Shown piece after piece: positions 10,482 through 20,456 of a DNA stretch of 64,000 bases (within the stretch, counting starts at the first letter, position 1; each line of letters begins with the position of its first letter). Below the pieces are notes generated by a model. It did no database searches and was not told the origin of the DNA. It saw only the letters and a list, made by a program, of their open reading frames with translations. Source of the DNA: an uncultured delta proteobacterium (GTDB lineage: Bacteria > Desulfobacterota > Binatia > UBA9968). The position numbers and the translations under genes are program-made. The stretch lies in assembly GCA_963771465.1 (NCBI GenBank), contig CAVYTU010000017.1, forward strand, positions 768,001 to 832,000, read 5' to 3'.

Positions 10482-11279
10482 ATGGAAATCTTCGATATTC
10501 ACCATCATCTCGGTTCGTTGACCGGCGGTAGTTTGCAGGAGGGCGACGGCTGGCAGGAGCGCGACTACACCAATAGGGTGCGGATCATGGATGCCAACGG
10601 CGTGGCGTCCGCGGCGATCCTGGCGGCGACGGGATACATTCAAGCGGACGGTATCAAGGATACCATGCGTAGTAATGACGTCGTTGCCGCCTATCGCCAG
10701 CGCGACCCCAAGCGTTTCCCCGTGGCCTGCGGCATCGTCGAGCCGTTGCACGGCGCGCGCTCGCTCGGCGAGCTGGAGCGGATGAAGCACGAGCTCCATC
10801 TTGACGGCGTGGTGTGGCACAGCCGCTTTCAAGGTGTCGCCGTCGACCATCAGCTGATGCGTCCATTATTAAAGAAAGTGAGCGACCTGGGTTTGATTCC
10901 GCTGATTCATACCAACGCCGAGTCCAATCTCGAAGCGGTGTGGCGCCTGGAGCGCTTGGCATTGGAATTCCCCGAGCTAACTTTCGTCTCCATGGACGCA
11001 TTGACCACCAATACCAACAGCCAGCTCGCCTTAGATATCGCCAAGCGGACGAAAAATATACTCTTCGACTCCGCCCATGTCCGCGGGTCGGCGTATGTGA
11101 AGAATTTCGTCGAGGCCGTGGGTTCCGAGCGGCTGATCTTTGGCAGTCTGTTTTACTCCACTCCGCCGAGCTATGAGCATTGCGCCACGCTGGCGGAGGT
11201 CAAAGAGGCGAAGATCAGCGATCAGGATAAGGCCAATGTTTTAGCGCTCAATGCCAAACGACTCTTTAAGATCGCATAG
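10482..11279 (+). CDS. Amidohydrolase_2 family protein
   Basis: N-terminal DIHHH metal motif, ERLIFGS, NAKRLF C-terminus. Confidence 0.85.
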   Translation: MEIFDIHHHLGSLTGGSLQEGDGWQERDYTNRVRIMDANGVASAAILAATGYIQADGIKDTMRSNDVVAAYRQRDPKRFPVACGIVEPLHGARSLGELERMKHELHLDGVVWHSRFQGVAVDHQLMRPLLKKVSDLGLIPLIHTNAESNLEAVWRLERLALEFPELTFVSMDALTTNTNSQLALDIAKRTKNILFDSAHVRGSAYVKNFVEAVGSERLIFGSLFYSTPPSYEHCATLAEVKEAKISDQDKANVLALNAKRLFKIA

Positions 11280-11369
11280 CGGCAGGCGCTAATTGACAAA
11301 CCGGCGACGCCATGGTTTTTACTACGGAACTTTTTGAATGAGCAAGGGCGAGGTTCGCGCTTAGAGAGT

Positions 11370-11972
11370 ATGAAGAGATATTTTATAATCGGGCTTTTTA
11401 TTTTTGCGGTGATTTTTGTTTGGAGCACTGTGACGCTTTGGTCGGCTGACGCGCCAGTGAAGCCGGGACGGCTGCTAAAAATTAACAAGGAACTGGACAA
11501 GCGCACCGTGATCAAGAAGTCTTTGATCCCGGGTGCGGGAAATGGGCTGTTCGCGGTGGTGAGAATCAAGAAAGGCGAAGTAATCGGCCAGTTGGGTGGC
11601 CGACTCCTCGAAGAGTTTCCCCAAGGTAATCATTACGTTGGCGCGCTCATCGAATGCGCGCAAAAGGAAGCTCACCCGTATAAGTATCTCGACAGCAAGG
11701 ATAACGGCGCCAACGTGAGCCGTATCAATTTTGCGCCGAGTAAGATCAATGGTATCGATACCCATTTTCAAAACGCCGGGATCAATCGCCTGTGCAAACA
11801 CCCGTATTTCGAATTCGTCGCCTTGAAAGACATCGCGGCGGGCGAAGAGCTTTGGTCAAGTTACGGCCCGAATTATGATTACGAAAGATTCATGAGAATT
11901 CCCGCGGTGCGGGATTTTTTCTGCGGCTTGATCAAAACCGACTGCCGGGGAAAATACAGCTACGAACATTAA
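11370..11972 (+). CDS. Exported SET-domain protein (paralog 2)
   Basis: Signal peptide; LKINKELDKRT, SLIPGAGNGLFA, SRINFAP, ALKDIAAGEELWSSYG, VRDFFCGLIKTDC shared with 9810..10415. Confidence 0.75.
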   Translation: MKRYFIIGLFIFAVIFVWSTVTLWSADAPVKPGRLLKINKELDKRTVIKKSLIPGAGNGLFAVVRIKKGEVIGQLGGRLLEEFPQGNHYVGALIECAQKEAHPYKYLDSKDNGANVSRINFAPSKINGIDTHFQNAGINRLCKHPYFEFVALKDIAAGEELWSSYGPNYDYERFMRIPAVRDFFCGLIKTDCRGKYSYEH

Positions 11973-12008
11973 TCCGTTCGGTGAAAAATTTTCCCAAGGA
12001 GACTAACG

Positions 12009-12143
12009 ATGAGCCAGGAAGATTGGGCGAAGAAATACGCGGCGATGGATCAACGGTTGATGCTCAAATATGAGCACTTGCCCAACGGCGAGCAAATCGG
12101 TAAGAAGCCAGCGCTGCCGAAGCCGGAAGCGAGGAAGTCCTAG
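12009..12143 (+). CDS. Small hypothetical protein (44 aa)
   Basis: AAGGAG RBS then MSQEDWAKKYAAMDQRLMLKYEHLPNGEQIGKKPALPKPEARKS*. Confidence 0.45.
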   Translation: MSQEDWAKKYAAMDQRLMLKYEHLPNGEQIGKKPALPKPEARKS

Positions 12144-12205
12144 CGTCACTGTCTGAAAGTCGTCAGTTCGTCGTCAGCGAGTGTTTTGTCGCCGCAAAGC
12201 GCGGA

Positions 12206-13384
12206 TTAGCCATTCTGCTGCCGCGCGGCCGCAAAGGAAAACGCGTCATAAGCGTTCTCGGGAATCATCTTGATCATTTCGTCCCGCGCTGGGTCGCGAT
12301 TGACTCCCACCGGATCGTTGCCGGCCTGCACCGCTTGAATCTGCCCCCGTAACAGATTTCTAAACATGACGACACCGCGGTCGCCTTCGCCGAGGTGTTC
12401 CTTGGCGCGGTCGGCGATGGCGCCTTGGGTTTCCCAGGCCATATGGTCCTGGCTGGTGAAATTATCCATGTGAAAGTCGCCGTGTTCATCGGTGGTGCCG
12501 ACGTATTCGATGGGCGTGTCTTCCGGTTGCTCGACGGTCCTACCGTCTTTCGATGGGCTGAAACGGAATTGATAAACTTGAGTCGTCTGATCGTCGATGG
12601 GTGTGCGGAAGTGCATGGCGTAGCCGATGCGTACGGGAACGAAAAGAATATTTGGAAAGACCAGCGGGTGGGGTGTTTCAGCTGGGGTGCTTTCATCAGC
12701 GAAGATTCTTTGTTTCTGGATGCCCGCCCAATTCGTATGAATGACCAAATCAAAATCGATCTTGCTGACCATACGATAGTGAAACGGCACGTGATCGGGA
12801 TCGCCCTTGAGCTTGAGCGTGTGCGAGTGGAGAAAGTAAGTGTGCGTCGGGTCGACGGAGTTCTCCATTGCCTGAAGCCAGTTGCAGCGTAGCGTCTCGC
12901 AGACGTCGATCTTTTTGCCGCCGTCTTGGCGTACCAGTACGTCCCATTTCGGCAACAGCGGTTTTTTCTCCGGCGGTCCCATGTAGGCGAACAGTAGGCC
13001 GCCTAACTTCTCCACCGGATACGCCGGATGCTGAATCCTATCTTTGAAACCCGCCTCGGGATTTTCAAAAGGCTGATCGATGCAATTGCCGCACGCGTCG
13101 TACTTCCAGCCGTGATAGGCACAGCGGATGCCGTCCGGTTCGACGAAGCCGTAATAGAGCGATACGCCGCGGTGCGAACATTTTTCGGCGACCAGTCCAT
13201 AGTTGCCGCTCTTATCCCGATACAGGATTAGATTTTCACCGAGAATTCTAACCCGTTTCTTGGGCTTCGCATCGGTAAGCTCCGCCGCCGCAGCGGCGAC
13301 ATGCCAGTAGCGTCGCAGCAAGTCGCCAGCCGGAGTTCCCGGATTAACTCGGGTGAGAAGATCGTTTTCCGCTTGAGTAAGCAT
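12206..13384 (-). CDS. Rieske non-heme iron oxygenase alpha subunit (phthalate 4,5-dioxygenase-like)
   Basis: CSHRG...CAYHGW Rieske motif, ENSVDPTHTYFLH mononuclear Fe motif, QDHMAWETQG, EHLG. Confidence 0.9.
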   Translation of the reverse strand: MLTQAENDLLTRVNPGTPAGDLLRRYWHVAAAAAELTDAKPKKRVRILGENLILYRDKSGNYGLVAEKCSHRGVSLYYGFVEPDGIRCAYHGWKYDACGNCIDQPFENPEAGFKDRIQHPAYPVEKLGGLLFAYMGPPEKKPLLPKWDVLVRQDGGKKIDVCETLRCNWLQAMENSVDPTHTYFLHSHTLKLKGDPDHVPFHYRMVSKIDFDLVIHTNWAGIQKQRIFADESTPAETPHPLVFPNILFVPVRIGYAMHFRTPIDDQTTQVYQFRFSPSKDGRTVEQPEDTPIEYVGTTDEHGDFHMDNFTSQDHMAWETQGAIADRAKEHLGEGDRGVVMFRNLLRGQIQAVQAGNDPVGVNRDPARDEMIKMIPENAYDAFSFAAARQQNG

Positions 13385-13582
13385 GGCTGATTCACTCCTT
13401 ATAGCTCACGACAGTACGTGAAACCGGCGCGCAGTGTCAATGTTGGGAAGGCTTGAGCCGCGAGCAAAATGGAATGGAGAGATTCGACGGCAGTCGTAAT
13501 TTCTATTCCACTTGACCGTATGATCTTGATCGCTCTATAAATGGCATTAACAATTAAATAAACTCTTCTATTGGAGGCTTTT

Positions 13583-14605
13583 ATGGCTCAAGCTTACGTC
13601 GATGCCGACGGGCATGTGATGGAGAATGCTGAGGACTTGCTCACATTCGTCAAGGCGCCATTTAATAATCGCGGCACGCGCAATTGGATGCCGAGTCTGG
13701 ATCATTTCCACACGCCAGCCGACGGCACACCGCGCACGCCAGGAACCTTCGATCCGAACACCGGACCGGAAGAGTGGCTGCAATTTCTTGATAAGACCGG
13801 CACCGAGTACACCGTGCTCTATCCGACAACGGGATTGGCCTACGGCAACGTCGCCTATCCCCAGTGGGCGCTGGCCTATGCGCAGGGCTACAATGATTAC
13901 ATTCACAAACGCTACTTGCAGCGCAGTACTAAGTTGCAGGCGGTGTCGCTGATTCCGATGCAGCATGTCGCCGATGCGGTCAAGGAACTACGGCGTTCGG
14001 TGCGGGATCTCGGTTTCATTGGCGCGATGATTCCATCCAACGGGCTGACGCGCCACCTGAGCCACGAAGAGTATTGGCCGATCTACGAGGAGGCAGAAAA
14101 GCTCAATTGTATCCTCGCCGTGCACGGCGGCAGTTATATCAACTTGGGCTTCAACACCTACACGGTTTTCCCGGCGACCCGCGCACTCGGCATGCCGTTC
14201 CCATTGGCCATCGCGATGACGGGCATGATGGTCGACGGCGTGCTCGATCGTTTCCCCAAGCTCCGCTTGGGTTTCATGGAAGGCGGCACGGCGTGGATTC
14301 CGCTGGTCATCGACCGTCTAGAGCGCGAACTGGAATACGGCGGGCTGAAACTCAAGCGCCATCCGCTCGACTATTTCACCGACGATCGAATTTTCATCGG
14401 CTGCGAGGGCAATGAGAAGGCGCTGGCTTACGCCATCGAACGGGTCGGCCCGAAACCTTTCATGTTCGCGTCGGATTTCCCGCACGAGATTTCCATCTCC
14501 AACTGCATGGAAGAAATCGACGAAGTGTTAGAGCGCGACGATCTCAAGAGGGAACACAAGGCCGCGATCCTCGGCGAGAACGCGCGGCGGTTTTACGGCC
14601 GGTAA
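13583..14605 (+). CDS. Amidohydrolase_2 family protein
   Basis: DADGHVME, DRFPKLRLGFMEGG, FASDFPH, ILGENARRFY. Confidence 0.9.
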   Translation: MAQAYVDADGHVMENAEDLLTFVKAPFNNRGTRNWMPSLDHFHTPADGTPRTPGTFDPNTGPEEWLQFLDKTGTEYTVLYPTTGLAYGNVAYPQWALAYAQGYNDYIHKRYLQRSTKLQAVSLIPMQHVADAVKELRRSVRDLGFIGAMIPSNGLTRHLSHEEYWPIYEEAEKLNCILAVHGGSYINLGFNTYTVFPATRALGMPFPLAIAMTGMMVDGVLDRFPKLRLGFMEGGTAWIPLVIDRLERELEYGGLKLKRHPLDYFTDDRIFIGCEGNEKALAYAIERVGPKPFMFASDFPHEISISNCMEEIDEVLERDDLKREHKAAILGENARRFYGR

Positions 14606-14685
14606 GCGCTGCAAAGTCTACTGTCATTGGTGACGCTGGCTTCCGCCGCGTCGAATTAGGATTCACAAGCAAGGAGTTTTTTACT

Positions 14686-15783
14686 ATGCGCATCGACATG
14701 GATACCCACTACACGCCTTTTGAGGCGCTGCGTCGGCTGGACGGACAATTTGGCGGCGATGGCCTTCGCTTTGGTTATGATCAGCGGGCTGCAGACGAGG
14801 TGATTTACTTTCAGAAGTATACTCACTCCAAGAAGTCCTCCATCCCCGATCTGAAAAGACGCATCGCGGATATGGACGTGGCAGAGTTCGACAAACAGGT
14901 GCTGATTTGCGGCAGTCGAATCACCTATTACGAAACACCTCCGGAGGTAGGTCTCGCAATCTGCCAGGCCTGCAATGACGGTTCGGCCGAGGCGATGAAT
15001 TTCTCCGAACGCTTTATCGGCGCCGCCATCGTGCCGCTGCAAGACGTTAACCTTGCCATCGAGGAACTTGAAAGAGCAGTCACGAAGCTCGGACTGAAAG
15101 CAGTTAACATCGCGACCAACATCAATGGCAAGCTACTCGATGCGCCGGAGTTGTGGCCGTTCTATCGCAAGGCCAGCGAACTCAATATCCCGGTGCTCGT
15201 TCATGGAGTATCCGATTTCATGGTCTACGGTGTGCGGCAAATTGATAAGCATCCGCCGTTTAGCCAGGTGCGCTTGACTGGCGTGCTCGGCTTCCCATTT
15301 GAAATGCAAATCGCGATTTCAAGTCTCATGTTGGGCGGTGTTCTCGATGAGTTTCCCGGCCTGAGATTTTGCTTTATGGAAGGCGGCGTCGGTTTCTTTG
15401 CGCATCTGATGGATCGGCTGACGGGTGATGCATACGCGTGGTTAACTTCCAAGTCCGAAGAGGAGAGAAAGACTGATCAAAAAAAGCGCGATCTTAGGGA
15501 CGCAGCGGGCAACCGCGAGGACATCGTCAAGGATCAACTGATTAAAAAATCTCCCGACCAGTATGTCGACAACTTGTACCTTTCAGTGGAGGTGTTTGAA
15601 AAACTGCTTCCCTATACGATTCAGAACTACGGCTGTGACAATCTCGTCTTGGGCAGCGATTACCCGCATCCCGACACTTTCTTTCCGCACACGGTGCCCC
15701 GACTCATGAGTCTGGACTCGATTTCAGCACAAGACAAAGAGAAGATCGTCGGAAAAAATGCGCAGCGACTGCTACGGCTTTAA
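14686..15783 (+). CDS. Amidohydrolase_2 family protein (ACMSD/decarboxylase-like)
   Basis: IDMDTH, GVLDEFPGLRFCFMEGG, LGSDYPH, NAQRLL. Confidence 0.88.
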   Translation: MRIDMDTHYTPFEALRRLDGQFGGDGLRFGYDQRAADEVIYFQKYTHSKKSSIPDLKRRIADMDVAEFDKQVLICGSRITYYETPPEVGLAICQACNDGSAEAMNFSERFIGAAIVPLQDVNLAIEELERAVTKLGLKAVNIATNINGKLLDAPELWPFYRKASELNIPVLVHGVSDFMVYGVRQIDKHPPFSQVRLTGVLGFPFEMQIAISSLMLGGVLDEFPGLRFCFMEGGVGFFAHLMDRLTGDAYAWLTSKSEEERKTDQKKRDLRDAAGNREDIVKDQLIKKSPDQYVDNLYLSVEVFEKLLPYTIQNYGCDNLVLGSDYPHPDTFFPHTVPRLMSLDSISAQDKEKIVGKNAQRLLRL

Positions 15784-15816
15784 ATGTTCAAAACTCGATT
15801 GATAGCTGGAGGCTCA

Positions 15817-16839
15817 ATGAAACTCTCCCGTCCCGGATTTCTTGTTAACTTCATCACCTGGAGCTTTTTCTGTAGCACCTTGGTCAACGCCGCTGAGCTT
15901 GACGATCGCAAGAAACTCGTCGAAGCGGCAAACAAAGAAGGCAATGTGGTTTTCTATACGTCGATGGACGCCGGCGACGCTCGGTCGTTAACTCAAGCCT
16001 TTCAGAAGAAATATCCTGGGATCAAAACTGACTTCTATCGGGCCGGAAGAGAGGCCGTGTTTAGCCGCTTTTCACTGGAACAGAAGGCCGGCCGTTTTGT
16101 CACCGACGTAGTTAGCGTCGGCGAATTTCATGTCCTGGAAATGAAGAAGCAGGGGCTCATCACACGTTATCTTTCGCCTGAGATGCAAGCGTTCGCGCCG
16201 GAGTTCAAAGACCCGCAAGGATATTGGACCTGCGTCTATCTGACGGTGGCGGTTTTGGCCTACAACACGAGGCGAGTCAAACCTGATGAAGCGCCGCGCC
16301 GCTACGAAGATTTGCTCACTCCCAAATGGAAAGGCCGCATGGCTCTGGATGCCAATGAAGAGCGTTGGGTGCCGGGGCTCATGCAAACCATGGGACGCGA
16401 TAAAACCGTGAGCTATCTAAAGGCGCTCTCGCAGCAGGATATCTATATCCGGCGCGGCCGAAGCTTGCTCACGCAGCTTCTGCTTGCCGGGGAATTTGAC
16501 GTGCAGATCGTTGCTTACTGGCACGAGGTGAATCGCTTGATGAGGGATAAGGCGCCCATCGGCTGGGTCGGCATGGAGCCGGCGATTAGCGGCGCGCCGC
16601 AGATTAGTTTGGTCTCCAAGGCGCCGCACCCCAATGCCGCGCGGTTGTTTATCGATTATGTTATCTCCGCCGAGGGTCAGGGAATCATCGCCAAGCTCGG
16701 ACGGGTTGCCGCGCGCCCTGGGATCAAACCGGAAGGGTATCCGGAGAAGCTCAAGCTCTTTCTTCCCAACGCGGAGTTAGTCGCCGCCCAGCTCGACGAA
16801 AATCACAAGCTGTATGAGTCTTTGTTTTTGAAAAAATAG
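15817..16839 (+). CDS. ABC extracellular solute-binding protein (Fe3+/thiamine-type cluster)
   Basis: Signal peptide, KEGNVVFYTS, AYNT, DLLTPKWKG, KAPHPNAARLFID. Confidence 0.85.
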   Translation: MKLSRPGFLVNFITWSFFCSTLVNAAELDDRKKLVEAANKEGNVVFYTSMDAGDARSLTQAFQKKYPGIKTDFYRAGREAVFSRFSLEQKAGRFVTDVVSVGEFHVLEMKKQGLITRYLSPEMQAFAPEFKDPQGYWTCVYLTVAVLAYNTRRVKPDEAPRRYEDLLTPKWKGRMALDANEERWVPGLMQTMGRDKTVSYLKALSQQDIYIRRGRSLLTQLLLAGEFDVQIVAYWHEVNRLMRDKAPIGWVGMEPAISGAPQISLVSKAPHPNAARLFIDYVISAEGQGIIAKLGRVAARPGIKPEGYPEKLKLFLPNAELVAAQLDENHKLYESLFLKK

Positions 16840-16868
16840 CCGCCGGATTTTGATGGCGCGATCGTCTG

Positions 16869-19277
16869 TCAGGAAAACGGACGCGCCGCGAGTCTTTCAC
16901 CGGGAGAAAAACCATGCGGAGCTTCGGGCTCGAGAGCAAGCCTTAAGGCCTCGTCCGCGGTTTTCAAAAACTCGAAGCGAATGCCCTCGCGGCCGGCGGG
17001 GGGAATCTCATCTAAATCTCTGCGGTTCATCTCAGGCAGCAAGACACAGGAAATCCCGGCCCTTTTTGCTGCCAGCATTTTTTCTTTAATCCCGCCTACC
17101 GGTAGCACCAAACCACGCAAGCTAATCTCGCCGGTCATGGCGATGTCTTTGCTAATGTGCCGTCCGGTTAACAGTGAAACGAGGGCGACGAAGAGCGTGA
17201 TTCCCGCGCTAGGGCCATCCTTTGGAATAGCGCCCGCGGGTATATGAATATGCAAGTCACTCTTTTTGAAGATCTCGGGATCAATGCCCAAGGTTTCCGC
17301 GCGCGATTTGACCAGGCTCAATGCTGCCTGGGCGCTTTCTTTCATGACTTCGCCCAACTGGCCGGTGAGAATTAACTTGCCGTCTCCCGCCATCTTGGTT
17401 GCTTCGACAAACAAGATATCTCCGCCAAACGGCGTCCAGGCCAAGCCCGTAGCTACGCCGGGTAAGCTGGTGCGCAGCGCGATCTCGTTGAAGAATCTCT
17501 TCGGGCCCAGGTAGCCATGGAGAGATTCTTGATCGATGGTGATGGTATCTTCATGACCATCCGCGACCCGCGTCGCTACGCTACGGCAGATAGCTCCCAG
17601 CTGACGCTCGAGTTGGCGCACGCCGGCTTCGCGCGTGTAGGAACGAATAACTTCCCGGATGGCATCATCGGTGAAATTAATCTGCTCCGCTTTGAGACCA
17701 TTCTCGGAGATTTGCCGAGGCACGAGGTAACCCTTGGCGATGACCAGTTTGTCCTCTTCGGTGTAGCCCGGCAATTCCAAAATTTCCATGCGGTCGCGTA
17801 GCGGGCCCGGCACCGTGTCGAGCACGTTCGCCGTCGCGATGAACAATACCTGAGATAGATCGAAGGGCACCGCAAGATAATGGTCTTGAAAGGTTGAATT
17901 CTGCGAAGGATCGAGGACCTCCAGCAACGCAGCGGAAGGGTCGCCATGAAAACTCGCGCTGAGTTTGTCGATCTCATCGAGCATGAAGACGGGATTTCGA
18001 CTGCCGGCCTTTTTAATCCCTTGAATAATATTTCCCGGCAGCGCGCCGATGTAGGTGCGCCGATGGCCGCGAATATCCGCTTCGTCATGGACGCCGCCGA
18101 GACTTTGGCGCACGAACTTACGATTCATCGCCCGAGCGATACTTTGTCCCAGGGAGGTCTTACCGACGCCCGGAGGGCCGACTAGACACAGGATAGGACT
18201 TTTCCCTTCCGGCATGAGCTTACGAACGGCGAGGAATTCGATGATACGCTTCTTCACTTTGTCGAGGCCGTAATGATCGGCGTCGAGAATCTCGCGGGCT
18301 TTTGGCAAGTCAATCTCTTCCTTGGTGACAATGCTCCAAGGCAGATCTACCAACCAATCGAAGTAGGTTCTCAACAACGAGTGTTCTGGCGACATCTCAG
18401 GAATTCGCTCCAGCCGCGCCAGCTCTTTGAGCGCTTCCGCCTCGACTTCGGGCGGCATCTTTGCGTCGTAGAGTTTTTGTCTAAGCTCTTCGACTGCAAC
18501 GCCTTTGCCGTCTTCTTCGCCCAGTTCTTTTTGAATTGCCTTCAATTGCTCGCGCAGGAAATATTGGCGCTGGGACTTATCCATGGATTCCTTGGTTTCC
18601 GCGCCAATTTTCTTGCTCAATTCCAGCAATTCGATCTGCCGCGCCAATTTTTCCGAAACTCTTTGGGCGCGCTTCTCGGGGTCAAGGATCGCCAGAACCT
18701 CTTGTTTCTCGGCGGTCGGCAGATCCAAGGTCGAAGCGATCATATCGATTACGGACAAAGGATCTTCAATCCGTTCGATCATCGCTCTCAGATCGTTCAT
18801 CGGATCAGGGAATAATGACAATGCCCGGGCGGCTTCCTGTCGCAGGTGTAGGATTCTCGCCTCGAACTCTTTTGTCTGCGGAACCAGTTCCTCCACCATG
18901 GTGACCCGCGCGATGAGGACGGGATCGGTCTCAATAAATTCGCGGATTTCAAAGCGGCGGCGGCCTTGAACGATGACCTGACGCCGACCGTCCGGTAGGG
19001 TAAACATTCGCAGCACGTCGGCGGCCGTACCGATATCGTAGAGGTCCTTGGGCTGCGGCGCGTCGGTATTTGGATCGCGTTGAACGACGAATCCGATCGG
19101 CACTTGTTGGCGCACCGCTTCTTCGACTGCGAGCAGCCGCGCCGGACGGCCGACCATCAATGGCATAATCATGGACGGATAGAGGACCCGGTTGCGCATT
19201 GGGATGATGATCAATGCGTCCGCGGGAATATTTAGGCGCGGCTTGGTTTTAGGGGTTTCCGTTGCTTCAGCGTTCAT
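16869..19277 (-). CDS. lon: ATP-dependent Lon protease
   Basis: LON_substr N-domain, GPPGVGKTS, DEIDK, PKDGPSAG catalytic Ser, GGIKEK. Confidence 0.97.
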   Translation of the reverse strand: MNAEATETPKTKPRLNIPADALIIIPMRNRVLYPSMIMPLMVGRPARLLAVEEAVRQQVPIGFVVQRDPNTDAPQPKDLYDIGTAADVLRMFTLPDGRRQVIVQGRRRFEIREFIETDPVLIARVTMVEELVPQTKEFEARILHLRQEAARALSLFPDPMNDLRAMIERIEDPLSVIDMIASTLDLPTAEKQEVLAILDPEKRAQRVSEKLARQIELLELSKKIGAETKESMDKSQRQYFLREQLKAIQKELGEEDGKGVAVEELRQKLYDAKMPPEVEAEALKELARLERIPEMSPEHSLLRTYFDWLVDLPWSIVTKEEIDLPKAREILDADHYGLDKVKKRIIEFLAVRKLMPEGKSPILCLVGPPGVGKTSLGQSIARAMNRKFVRQSLGGVHDEADIRGHRRTYIGALPGNIIQGIKKAGSRNPVFMLDEIDKLSASFHGDPSAALLEVLDPSQNSTFQDHYLAVPFDLSQVLFIATANVLDTVPGPLRDRMEILELPGYTEEDKLVIAKGYLVPRQISENGLKAEQINFTDDAIREVIRSYTREAGVRQLERQLGAICRSVATRVADGHEDTITIDQESLHGYLGPKRFFNEIALRTSLPGVATGLAWTPFGGDILFVEATKMAGDGKLILTGQLGEVMKESAQAALSLVKSRAETLGIDPEIFKKSDLHIHIPAGAIPKDGPSAGITLFVALVSLLTGRHISKDIAMTGEISLRGLVLPVGGIKEKMLAAKRAGISCVLLPEMNRRDLDEIPPAGREGIRFEFLKTADEALRLALEPEAPHGFSPGERLAARPFS

Positions 19278-19705
19278 GCATTTTTCCTTAGCTCGATGAT
19301 GAGGAGCCCATCCTTGAAGGATATCTCTGCTAGCAATAACGGTTTCTCGTTGCCGACCAGCCTGACGCGCCGCTCAAAGCGGCCAAGCGGAACTTCCCAT
19401 AGCTTTAGCTCCCCATCGTGGCAGCAATTTGGCAGCGGCCGGTCGCCGGCGATGACCAAGTCGTGTCCCTCAAGCCGTACCTCGACCCGTTCAACTGCAA
19501 CGCCAGCGAGGGCAGACATCACCCACACGCTTTCGTCGGTCTCGACTACGTTAACGGGAGGCTCCCATCTTGGCGTTCTGCCAGGCTGTGCACGATAACG
19601 CGCATTGGCGGCGACTTGGAGAAAATTTCTCCGGATCCGCTCTGCCTGCTGGAGCAGATCGTTCGCTCGCTGCCACATGATAAAATCCCAATCGTGCCCT
19701 GCCAT
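19274..19705 (-). CDS. Hsp20/alpha-crystallin family protein
   Basis: WEPPVNVVET, GRFERRVRL, FKDGLLIIEL; overlaps lon start (ATGA). Confidence 0.88.
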   Translation of the reverse strand: MAGHDWDFIMWQRANDLLQQAERIRRNFLQVAANARYRAQPGRTPRWEPPVNVVETDESVWVMSALAGVAVERVEVRLEGHDLVIAGDRPLPNCCHDGELKLWEVPLGRFERRVRLVGNEKPLLLAEISFKDGLLIIELRKNA

Positions 19706-19950
19706 CTGCCCGCCTCCACTACACTTAAGTAAAATAGGCTGATTTTCGCGATTCCCTAATAACCTAGGTATGGGATGGGCTATTGTCAAGGAAAGTAAGC
19801 TGCCGGCCACGGCATAATTTCTCTTAAAGTTGGTCTAATATTGAACAGAATCCTTCACTGTCCCGGCATAAATTAAACCAAAGCGGCGCAAATCATTGCG
19901 AATTTTAGAAGTCAATCTGCCGGCACGTGAACTGTCGCGTTACGGAGGAC

Positions 19951-20343
19951 ATGTTGCGCACCACGCATATCACGCACAGACGCCAAGCACGCCAGCCAGT
20001 GTCCACCCGCAGGCCCGCCTCATACGATCGCACGGTCGCCAGCGGACTTCCTGAGCAGTTCTTTGACTCTCGGATCAAACTCGCCGCGGTGTGCCCCGAA
20101 ACGGCAATGATGTACGCTGTGCTCGAAGATGCTTTTCTCTGCTTTCACAAGCAGTTTGAGCCGGAGCCACGGTTCATTGAGCGCGCCCGCGAGGCTGAAG
20201 ATTGGTTCTTCAGGGAAGACTCTCGCTGGCTGTTCTCCTTCGTGTCGATCTGTGCCGCACTGGGGCTGGATCCTCACTACATCCGAAAAAAGCTTAAGCA
20301 GTGGAACCTACCCCGTCTCGACATAGCGCCGGCCACGAGATAG
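19951..20343 (+). CDS. Conserved hypothetical protein (PExxxMxAVLEDA...FSFxxICxALG family)
   Basis: RBS GGAGGA; motif CPETAMMYAVLEDA...AEDWF...FSFVSICAALGLDPHYIR. Confidence 0.7.
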   Translation: MLRTTHITHRRQARQPVSTRRPASYDRTVASGLPEQFFDSRIKLAAVCPETAMMYAVLEDAFLCFHKQFEPEPRFIERAREAEDWFFREDSRWLFSFVSICAALGLDPHYIRKKLKQWNLPRLDIAPATR

Positions 20344-20456
20344 TATCCTTGGCGCAGGTTAACTGCCGAGGTTTCATTAGCCGAGAATAGATCACCGACC
20401 AAGCCCCGGGGAAAGTCGACTGTTTGATGTAGGCATCGTGGGCTTCGAAAGGAGAC

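Noticed and set aside
19921-19935. CGGCACGTGAACTGT as a sigma54 promoter for 19951
   Set aside because: The -12 GC is GT, the predicted TSS would fall in the RBS, and there is no UAS.
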